A DNA stretch of 64,000 nt from Actinomycetota bacterium (GTDB lineage: Bacteria; Actinomycetota; Thermoleophilia; Gaiellales; Gaiellaceae), in NCBI GenBank assembly GCA_046734795.1, contig JBKPRX010000011.1:536-64535 (forward strand). The letters run 5' to 3'. Every line of letters starts with the position of its first letter. The first letter of the stretch is position 1. The notes below the pieces were generated by a model that did no database searches, was not told the origin of the DNA, and worked only from the letters and a program-made list of their open reading frames with translations. The position numbers and the translations under genes are program-made. Positions 28,111 through 35,262 of the stretch are shown here, piece by piece.

Positions 28111-28295
28111 GTGAGTTCGCGATGCAGATGACGACGATGGTCGCCGTGACCGCCTGCGTGGCAATCCTCCTGACGTCGCTCGCCTTCCGCGAAGGCCTCC
28201 TTCGGCTGCGGCCCGAGCCGCGTCGCTGCCCTTCGTGCGGCCAACGCCTCCGCGCGCGGACGTGCTGGTCCTGTACGCGCTCCTCGCGCGGGTAA
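28107..28295 (+). CDS. small membrane protein with C-terminal CxxC-x8-CxxC zinc-ribbon-like motif
   Basis: ATGA overlap with the upstream stop. It has one TM (MVAVTACVAILLTSLAF) followed by CPSCGQRLRARTCWSC. GC3 is high. Confidence 0.5.
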   Translation: MSEFAMQMTTMVAVTACVAILLTSLAFREGLLRLRPEPRRCPSCGQRLRARTCWSCTRSSRG

Positions 28296-28304
28296 GCGGG
28301 CGAC

Positions 28305-28874
28305 GTGCGGATCGCCAATGCAAATGGTCGGCGGCTCGCGCTTCTTGCGCTGGTCGTTGTCGCCGCCTCTCTGGTCGCGAGCGGTTGCGGGTCGAATGAC
28401 GAGACACCGACGACCGGAGCGGAAGCGACCTGGGCCGACGGCCTCTGCAGCGCGTTCGCGACGTGGAAGAGCAGCATCCAAGGCGTCGGTGCGAGCCTGA
28501 AAGACGTCGACCAGCTTTCTCAGGCCAAGATCGAGGATGCGTCGAAGCAGGTCTCTGCGGCGAACGACAAGCTCGTCGACGACGTGCAGGCGCTCGGCGA
28601 GCCTCCGACTTCCGGCGGTGAGGAGGCGAAGAGCGCGATCAACAACCTCTCGCAGGAGCTGCAAGCTTCGGCCGACAAGGTCAAGGACGCGACCGACGAC
28701 GTCGCGACGCTCACCGACGCCGTTCAGGCGGTCAACGTGGCGAGCGCCGCGTTGCTCTCGATGTCGAGCGAGATCGGCACGACGTTGACGACGCTCGAGT
28801 CACTCGACGTCGCCGACGAGTGGAAGCAGGCGTTCGCCGACTCCGAGAGCTGCCGGTCGCTGAGGCAGAGCTGA
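28305..28874 (+). CDS. lipoprotein, helical, function unknown
   Basis: Signal peptide with a lipobox (LVASGC). The mature part is Ala/Asp/Ser/Lys-rich and predicted helical. Confidence 0.75.
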   Translation: MRIANANGRRLALLALVVVAASLVASGCGSNDETPTTGAEATWADGLCSAFATWKSSIQGVGASLKDVDQLSQAKIEDASKQVSAANDKLVDDVQALGEPPTSGGEEAKSAINNLSQELQASADKVKDATDDVATLTDAVQAVNVASAALLSMSSEIGTTLTTLESLDVADEWKQAFADSESCRSLRQS

Positions 28875-29926
28875 ACCTCAGCGCAAGGCGGAAGCGCGTC
28901 ATCAAGCGCGCGGCGTTGGTCGGGGCGAGCCTCGCGGTCATCGTCGTCACGTTCGCGTACTTCCTGCCGTCGATCGCGTCCTACGACGACGTCTGGCGTG
29001 TCGTCAAGCAACTGTCGTGGGAATGGGTCGCGGCGCTCCTCGCAGCGACGGTTCTGAACCTCGTCACGTTCGCGCCGCCCTGGCAAGTGGCGCTACCCGG
29101 CCTCACGTTCCTGCGGGCGATGCGGCTGACGCAGGCTTCGACCGCGCTTTCGATCGTCGTACCGGGCGGCCCCGCTGTCGGTGCCGCCGGTGCTTACGGA
29201 GTGACGCGTCGCTGGGGGTTCTCGAGCCACGACATCGCACGTGCGATCACGCTCACGAGCCTGTGGAACCAGTTCCTCAATCTCCTGTATCCGATCGTCG
29301 CCGTGTTTCTGCTCACGATCACCGGGGCGCAGACCGCGGCGCTCGCGACTGTGGCGTTCGTCGGAGTGGCAGTGCTCGGAATCGTGATCGCCGGCTTCGT
29401 GCTGATACTCGTCAGCGCGCGACTCGCGAACGACATCGGAGACGTCGCCGCGCGATTCACGAACTGGTCGCTCGGCAAGATCCGGCGCGGCCCGGTCTCG
29501 TGGGCCGGGACGAGCTTCGAGCGATTCCGTGCAGACGTCGGCGACTTCCTCGAGCGGAAGTGGTTCGCCCTCACGATCGCGTCGCTCGCCGGAAGCCTGA
29601 GCGTCTTTCTCGTGCTGATCGTCTCTCTGCGCGCGCTCGACGTTCCTTCGACCGACGTCACCGTTGTCGAGGCCTTCGCGGCGTGGGCGCTCGTTCGCAT
29701 CATCGCGACGATCCCGATCACGCCCGGCGGGCTCGGTGTCGTGGAGCTCGGCTTGACGAGCACGTTGATCGGCTTCGGCGGCAAGAACGCAGGCGTCGTC
29801 GCTGCGGTGCTCGTGTATCGGTTTCTCACCGTCGTCCCGACTCTGATCCTCGGCCTGCTCGCCGCGTTCACGTTCCGTCGGCATCGGCCGCCCGAGGTGG
29901 CGCAGGCCGCGCGGACGCCGGGCTAG
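28871..29926 (+). CDS. UPF0104 / LPG-synthase-TM-region family membrane protein (start non-canonical or GTG 28820)
   Basis: The family-like N-terminus (RRKRVIKRAALVGASLAVIVVTFAYFLP...DDVWRVVKQLS) begins at CTG 28871, which overlaps the lipoprotein stop as CTGA. The alternative GTG 28820 would overlap the upstream gene by 55 nt. Has the ITPGGLGVVE motif. Confidence 0.8.
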   Translation: MNLSARRKRVIKRAALVGASLAVIVVTFAYFLPSIASYDDVWRVVKQLSWEWVAALLAATVLNLVTFAPPWQVALPGLTFLRAMRLTQASTALSIVVPGGPAVGAAGAYGVTRRWGFSSHDIARAITLTSLWNQFLNLLYPIVAVFLLTITGAQTAALATVAFVGVAVLGIVIAGFVLILVSARLANDIGDVAARFTNWSLGKIRRGPVSWAGTSFERFRADVGDFLERKWFALTIASLAGSLSVFLVLIVSLRALDVPSTDVTVVEAFAAWALVRIIATIPITPGGLGVVELGLTSTLIGFGGKNAGVVAAVLVYRFLTVVPTLILGLLAAFTFRRHRPPEVAQAARTPG

Positions 29927-29950
29927 CTGCGCCTTCACCCCGTCGGGAGG

Positions 29951-30658
29951 ATGCTGCGCTGCGAGCTCACTCCGATCCTGCACCGCATGCGTCTCGAGCT
30001 CGGAAAGCCGGTTCGATCGAGCGACGGCCAGATCGTCGGCGAGCTCGGCGACGTCGTCATCGATCCGGTCAAGAAGCGCTTGACCCATCTCGTCGTCAAG
30101 CCTCACCACGGTGGCGAGTCGCGCCTCGTATCGATCGATCTCGTCGAGCGCGAAGACGGCGCGAGCGAGATCTCGCTGCGCTGCAATGCCGAAGAGGTGC
30201 GTCGCCTACCGGACGTCGAGGAGTTCGCGTATCTCAGGCTCGGCGAGCTGCCCGTTGCGGATCCCGACTGGGACATCGGCGTGACGGACGTGCTCGCGAT
30301 GCCGTACGAGAGCACCGGGTTCGCGGCGTATCCCGCGGGGACGGTCGACGACATCGGCATGACGTACGACCGGATTCCGAAGGGCGAAGTGGAGATCCGC
30401 AGGTCGAGCAGCGTGATCGCGAACGACGGCGAGCGCGTCGGTGAGGTCGACGGGTTCCTCCTCGACGACGACGATTGCATCACTCACTTCGTCCTCGAAC
30501 GTGGACATCTGTGGCGGCGCCGCGAGCTCGCGGTCCCGATCGGAGCAATCTCGAAGGTGGAGTCCGACACGGTGACAGTCGGGCTCTCCCGCGACGAGAT
30601 CGGCGCGCTTCCCGCGCGCCGCGTGCGTCGATGGCTTCGTGGGCGCAGCTCGGGCTAG
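29951..30658 (+). CDS. PRC-barrel domain protein (two PRC-like modules)
   Basis: LGKPVRSSDGQIVGELGDVVIDP and VIANDGERVGEVDGFLLDDD are PRC-barrel-type motifs. The start may be ATG 29987. Confidence 0.8.
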   Translation: MLRCELTPILHRMRLELGKPVRSSDGQIVGELGDVVIDPVKKRLTHLVVKPHHGGESRLVSIDLVEREDGASEISLRCNAEEVRRLPDVEEFAYLRLGELPVADPDWDIGVTDVLAMPYESTGFAAYPAGTVDDIGMTYDRIPKGEVEIRRSSSVIANDGERVGEVDGFLLDDDDCITHFVLERGHLWRRRELAVPIGAISKVESDTVTVGLSRDEIGALPARRVRRWLRGRSSG

Positions 30659-30822
30659 ACGCGACCGGTTTGGTCGACGCCGGCGTGGCGCCTACGACCG
30701 CTCGGTGGAACCTCGTTCATCGGGACGATGACGAGCCACCAGAAGAACACGAGGCCAACGAGACCGCCGATTCCGAGTAGGACGGCGTAGCAGATGATTG
30801 TCCAAAACCATTCACCGCTCAT
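30655..30822 (-). CDS. possible small membrane protein (55 aa, below ORF-track cutoff)
   Basis: Reverse translation gives MSGEWFWTIICYAVLLGIGGLVGLVFFWWLVIVPMNEVPPSGRRRHAGVDQTGRV. It has one clear TM and reasonable GC3 but no clear SD. Its stop overlaps the stop of the convergent PRC-barrel gene. Confidence 0.35.
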   Translation of the reverse strand: MSGEWFWTIICYAVLLGIGGLVGLVFFWWLVIVPMNEVPPSGRRRHAGVDQTGRV

Positions 30823-30961
30823 CGCGCGGGCATCGTATCGCCTTCGACGAACGTGAACGCTTGGTGAACGTCATCGAGACGGCGCGACGCTCGGGTTGCT
30901 CGCGTCGCGCCGCCCGGTGACATGTGCGACTGCGGTCCGGCTCTCGCTCGAGCCGTTCCGA

Positions 30962-31369
30962 TCAGACGGTTCGCTCGACGTCCTCCCAGTGGACGATCAG
31001 CCCGTAGAGCACGACGATCGTGAGCGTGAGGACGGTGAGCGCCCACAACGGGTAGGCCGCGCTGCCGAAGAATCCGAGCTGGGCGATCACGTTGAGCGTG
31101 CCGACGACGATCGCGAACCAGCGCGCCCAGCCGGAGCGCGACAGCAATCCCCAACCCGCGAAGATGACGATCAGTCCCCAGATCAGCGTGATCCAGCCCC
31201 ATGTGGTCACGTTGAAGACGATGATCTGGTTTGACGTGAAGACGTAGTACTCCTTGCGGATGATCGCGATCAAGCCCTCGATCACGTCGAGACAGCCGAC
31301 GACGATCATCAGCCAGCCGGCGAAGGCGACCCATCCCGTCCACCGCGCGCGCATTTCTCTCGTACTCAT
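30962..31369 (-). CDS. DUF7144-like 4-TM membrane protein
   Basis: ATG 31369 is preceded by GGAGAGGAG. WTGWVAFAGWLMIVVGCLDVIEGLIAI...NVTTWGWITLIWGLIVIFAGWGLLSRSGWARWFAIVVGTLNVIAQL is the third paralog. Confidence 0.8.
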   Translation of the reverse strand: MSTREMRARWTGWVAFAGWLMIVVGCLDVIEGLIAIIRKEYYVFTSNQIIVFNVTTWGWITLIWGLIVIFAGWGLLSRSGWARWFAIVVGTLNVIAQLGFFGSAAYPLWALTVLTLTIVVLYGLIVHWEDVERTV

Positions 31370-31520
31370 CGACGTTTCTCCTCTCCTGCCGGAGCCCGGA
31401 ACCGTTTGTTGTTCGGGATGAACGATGCGGAGCCTCTTTCGTTCGCTCATGGAGTGAATCATCCGCCTAGGACGAAAGCCCCTTCTCCGGGCCGGAGGCT
31501 GCAACTAAAGTTGTGCTCGC

Positions 31521-33212
31521 ATGAACCTGCCTGTCCTCCTCGCCTTCGACGAGGATCCGGAAGTCCTCGAGAACGTCAACGCGCAGCTCGTCCAGCGCTA
31601 CGGGCGCGACTATCGCGTCGAGGTGCACGCAGACTCCGACGACGCGCTGCGAAAGCTGACGGAGCTCGCGGATGCAGGAGACGAAGTCCCGCTCGTCCTT
31701 GCCGGGCAGCCGACGCTGGGTACAGCCGGAACCGATTTCCTCGAGCACGTCCGCCGGCTGCACCCGCATGCGAAGCGTGCGCTCCTCGTCTCGCGGAGCG
31801 TGTGGGTTGACGGGCCGTCCGCGGAGTCGATTCGCGCAGCGATGGCCCTCGGTCGCATCGACCACTACGTGCTCGAGCCCGGCGCATCGCCTGACGAGGT
31901 GTTCCACGAGGCCGTATCGAGCTTCCTGCTCGAATGGGCGCGCGAGGGGCGCCGCACTCCGCACACCGTGCACATCGTCGGCGATGAGTGGTCCGGCCGG
32001 GCGTACGAGCTCAGAGACGTCTTCGAGCGCTGCGCCGCTCCACATGCGTTTTGTCTCGCAGACTCGGACGAAGGTCGCGAGTTTCTCGAGAAGGCAGGCC
32101 CGGACGCGAAGCTGCCGTTGATGGTCTTGCCCGACGGCGAGATCCTCAGCGATCCCTCCGACGCTCAGATCGCAGCTGCCGCGGGCGCGCCGAGCGAAAT
32201 CGAGGAGCGTTCGTACGACCTCGTGATCGTCGGTGCGGGACCGGCTGGTCTCTCGGCGGCTGTCTACGGCGCTTCCGAGGGGATGCGCGTCTTGGTCCTC
32301 GACGAAGGCGGGATCGGCGGGCAGGCGCGGTCGAGCTCGCTCATTCGGAACTACCTCGGCTTCGCAAAAGGTGTGAGCGGCAGTCGCCTCGCGGAGGAGG
32401 CCTACGACCAGGCGATGCTCTTCGGGGCGAGCTTCGTGTTCATGCATCGCGCGACGCGGCTCGAGCGTGCGGACGGTCGCTTGTCGCTCTCGCTTGCGGA
32501 CGGGCGAACTGTGAGCGCACGGGCGGTGATCCTCGCCACTGGCGCGACGTACAGGCGGTTGGGAATCGAGGCTCTCGAGAATCTGACGGGCGCCGGCGTG
32601 TTCTACGGCGGTCCCGCCGCCGAGGCCCCGGCGCTCGGAGGCAAGGACGTCTTCGTCGCAGGCGGCGGCAACTCGGCGGGGCAGGCGGCGCTCCACCTCG
32701 CGCGCTACGCAAAGAACGTCACACTGCTCGTGCGTGCGAACCGTCTCGATGCCGGCATGTCGCGCTACCTCGTCCAAGCCGTCGAGGCGGCGCCGAACGT
32801 CGACGTGCGAGTGGGAACGACAGTCGTCGGCGGGGGCGGCCAAGGGCGCCTCGACGAGCTCGTCCTGCTGGACTCCTCAACGGGCGAAGAGCAGACCGTG
32901 GCCGCCGATGCGCTCTTCGTCCTGATCGGTGCTCGTCCGAAGACGGAGTGGCTACCGCCGGACATCGCGCGCGACCGGAACGGGTTTCTCCTCACGGGTG
33001 ACGACCTCGGGGGCGGTGACGGCTGGCCACTCGTGCGGCGGGCGCTCGCGCTCGAGACGAGCATGCCTGGCGTTCTTGCAGCGGGTGATGTGAGGCACGC
33101 TTCCGTCAAGCGCGTCGCCGCAGCGGTCGGGGAAGGCTCGATCGCGGTTCAGCTCGTGCACAGCCTCTTCGAGCTCGAGCGCGAAGCCCGAGCGTCTGTG
33201 GCCGTCTCCTAG
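31521..33212 (+). CDS. fused receiver-like domain / thioredoxin-reductase-like FAD-dependent oxidoreductase
   Basis: The N-terminal ~130 aa have a CheY-like fold pattern. A linker/Trx-like region follows, then FAD (DLVIVGAGPAGLSAAVYG) and NAD(P)H (VFVAGGGNSAGQAALHL) Rossmann motifs and the C-terminal GVLAAGDV motif. Confidence 0.9.
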   Translation: MNLPVLLAFDEDPEVLENVNAQLVQRYGRDYRVEVHADSDDALRKLTELADAGDEVPLVLAGQPTLGTAGTDFLEHVRRLHPHAKRALLVSRSVWVDGPSAESIRAAMALGRIDHYVLEPGASPDEVFHEAVSSFLLEWAREGRRTPHTVHIVGDEWSGRAYELRDVFERCAAPHAFCLADSDEGREFLEKAGPDAKLPLMVLPDGEILSDPSDAQIAAAAGAPSEIEERSYDLVIVGAGPAGLSAAVYGASEGMRVLVLDEGGIGGQARSSSLIRNYLGFAKGVSGSRLAEEAYDQAMLFGASFVFMHRATRLERADGRLSLSLADGRTVSARAVILATGATYRRLGIEALENLTGAGVFYGGPAAEAPALGGKDVFVAGGGNSAGQAALHLARYAKNVTLLVRANRLDAGMSRYLVQAVEAAPNVDVRVGTTVVGGGGQGRLDELVLLDSSTGEEQTVAADALFVLIGARPKTEWLPPDIARDRNGFLLTGDDLGGGDGWPLVRRALALETSMPGVLAAGDVRHASVKRVAAAVGEGSIAVQLVHSLFELEREARASVAVS

Positions 33213-33343
33213 GCCGCGACCTACCTCGCTTCCTGCGGCGCCGGATCGGCGCGAAAACCGCACCACGGCTACGAGCGCTCCCGGATGCCCGAACGAGTCT
33301 CGCCGGCGATGATCGATCGACAACGCGGAAGGAGTGAGCGCGG

Positions 33344-33820
33344 ATGAAACCGATCAAGGAAGCAGCGGCCGAGTTCCTCGCGCACAAGCGCGTCGCGGTG
33401 ACGGGCGTCTCGCGGTCACCGAAGGATCACGGCAGCAATGTCGTCTACAGGCGCCTGCGAGATCGTGGCTACGACGTCTTCGCCGTGAACCCGAATGCGG
33501 ACACGGTCGAAGGAGATCGCGCCTACGACGATCTCCGGTCGATCCCCGGCGGCGTCGACGCGGTGGTGATCGGCACGAGCCCCGAGCATGCGAACGAGAC
33601 GATGCGCGAATGCGCCGAGCTCGGCATCGAGCATGTGTGGATGCACCGCGGTCCGGGCGCCGGCAGCGTCTCGGATGCGGCAACGACATACGGACGCGCG
33701 CACGGCGTCGAAGTGATCGACGGCGGCTGTCCGTGCATGTTCGGCCCGACAGCGGACTTCGGGCACAAGGCGATGCGGCCGGTGCTCACGCTGTTCGGCA
33801 GCGTCCCGAAGCGCGTCTGA
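33344..33820 (+). CDS. CoA-binding domain protein (YccU/YneT-like)
   Basis: VAVTGVSRSPKDHGSNVVYRRLRDRGYDVFAVNPN...VDAVVIGTSPEH matches the CoA_binding_2 pattern. GGAAGGAG lies upstream. Confidence 0.85.
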   Translation: MKPIKEAAAEFLAHKRVAVTGVSRSPKDHGSNVVYRRLRDRGYDVFAVNPNADTVEGDRAYDDLRSIPGGVDAVVIGTSPEHANETMRECAELGIEHVWMHRGPGAGSVSDAATTYGRAHGVEVIDGGCPCMFGPTADFGHKAMRPVLTLFGSVPKRV

Positions 33821-33837
33821 TTCCAGGGAGGTAGCCC

Positions 33838-34065
33838 ATGAGGCGCTACGAGTACAAGGTCATCGACACCGGTAAGCACGTTCAGGAGCACCTCAACGAG
33901 CTCGGTGCCGCAGGTTGGCGCGTCGTCTGCGTCACGACGAAGAAGCAACTCTTCATCGCCCCGCCACAGGCGATCATCCTGATGCGCGAAGTGCGATCGA
34001 CCGAGACGCCCAAGATCTCTGACGAGAGCGATCGCGAAGGGCGGACCGCGCTGCTCGTTGGCTAG
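33838..34065 (+). CDS. DUF4177-like small protein
   Basis: The MRRYEYKVID...LNELGAAGWRVVCV motif is typical of DUF4177. GGGAGG lies upstream. Confidence 0.7.
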   Translation: MRRYEYKVIDTGKHVQEHLNELGAAGWRVVCVTTKKQLFIAPPQAIILMREVRSTETPKISDESDREGRTALLVG

Positions 34066-34090
34066 GGCGATGCTCGGACGGGCTTGAGGC

Positions 34091-34123
34091 GCAAGGGCGC
34101 GCGGGTCACCCGCGCGCCCTTGC
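34091..34123. terminator. bidirectional GC-rich hairpin between convergent genes
   Basis: GCAAGGGCGCGCGGG-TCA-CCCGCGCGCCCTTGC forms a perfect 15-bp inverted repeat. It lies between the stop at 34065 (+) and the stop at 34138 (-). No strong U-tract is present. Confidence 0.6.
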
Positions 34124-34137
34124 CGATCGCAGCGTGA

Positions 34138-34533
34138 CTACGTGGCGAGCGCCTTCGCCTTCAGCGCGTCGAACTCTTGCTGCGTGATCGCGCCGCTGTC
34201 GAGCAGTTGCTTTCCGCGCGCGATCTGCTCGGTCGGGTCGTTCTGAGAAGCGACGGAGCGGATGTACGCATCGGTCTGGCTCTGTGCGGCTTGTGCCTGC
34301 TGCATGTTCCGCTCGGCCATCTTCTGCCCCTGCGTGATCAGGTAGATGAGCGCGGCCAGGAACGGCACGAAGATCAGGAAGATCACCCACAGCGCCTTGG
34401 TTCCCCCGCCGATGTCGTGGCGGCGAAAGACGTCGGCGAGGATCGTGATCAGGAACCAGATCCAGATCACCCAGGCGAAGAAGATGAACATCGACCACAT
34501 GACGTCGAGGAACGGAAAATCACTTGCGAGCAT
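34138..34533 (-). CDS. PLDc_N domain membrane protein with C-terminal SHOCT domain
   Basis: ATG 34533 is preceded by AAAAGGAG. Has DFPFLDVMWSMFIFFAWVIWIWFLITILADVFRRHDIGGGTKALWVIFLIFVPFLAALIYLI, then the SHOCT motif GKQLLDSGAITQQEFDALKAKAL. Confidence 0.85.
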   Translation of the reverse strand: MLASDFPFLDVMWSMFIFFAWVIWIWFLITILADVFRRHDIGGGTKALWVIFLIFVPFLAALIYLITQGQKMAERNMQQAQAAQSQTDAYIRSVASQNDPTEQIARGKQLLDSGAITQQEFDALKAKALAT

Positions 34534-34620
34534 TGGGGCTCCTTTTCGATGCGTACGATCTCGATTGCGTTGCGCCCTAAGGCTTGCGCTTCGCGAGGAC
34601 AGCGCCCTCATCCGCTCCGG

Positions 34621-35247
34621 ATGACGCGGCTAAGGTCGTTCCCGGAGATCTTGTCAACGATGGCGAGCGAAGGCGCGCGCGACCGGCTTTTACTCGATTA
34701 CGGCCAGACGACCGACCTGCTTCGCAGCGTGACCGACATCCGGTTCAAGCTGCTCGCGCTCGTGCCGACGATCTCCGGACTCGCGGTCGGTCTCCTGAGC
34801 CGGCATGCGAGCGCTCCGGAGCTCCTTGCGGTCGGCGGGCTCGGTCTCCTCGCGACGCTCGGAATCGTCGTCTACGAGCTTCGCAACACGCAGCTCTACG
34901 ACTACGCGATCTACCGGGCGACGGTGCTCGAGACGGAGCTCGGCCAGATCTCGATCTTCAATCCGCCGCAGCCCGGCGGGCTCTACAGCGAACGGCCCGG
35001 TCATGACCTTCGCGTCCTCGGCCTCGCGACTGCCGGCCATGAACGTGGGCTCGCCTTCGTCTACGGCGCGGCGATCGCCGGGTGGTGCTACCTCGTCGCG
35101 TGGGGCGCGCTCAGGGCCGCCGACGTCGGTTCGGCGCAGAAGATCGGAGGCGTGATCGGCGCGGTTGCCGGCGCCGTCGTGCTGCTCGAGTTCCTTCGGG
35201 TCGACGGCCGTCCGAACAAGCAGGGCCGTCCGGGACACCGCGGCTAG
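34621..35247 (+). CDS. hypothetical membrane protein (4 TM)
   Basis: This is the real part of track ORF 34177..35247. Start is ATG 34621 or 34660. No family recognised. Confidence 0.6.
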   Translation: MTRLRSFPEILSTMASEGARDRLLLDYGQTTDLLRSVTDIRFKLLALVPTISGLAVGLLSRHASAPELLAVGGLGLLATLGIVVYELRNTQLYDYAIYRATVLETELGQISIFNPPQPGGLYSERPGHDLRVLGLATAGHERGLAFVYGAAIAGWCYLVAWGALRAADVGSAQKIGGVIGAVAGAVVLLEFLRVDGRPNKQGRPGHRG

Positions 35248-35262
35248 CAACGGCCTCGCGAC

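Noticed and set aside
30475-30780. 101-aa + ORF downstream of the PRC-barrel gene
   Set aside because: It is out of frame with the PRC gene and has a charged low-complexity sequence. The opposite strand carries a more plausible 55-aa TM ORF.
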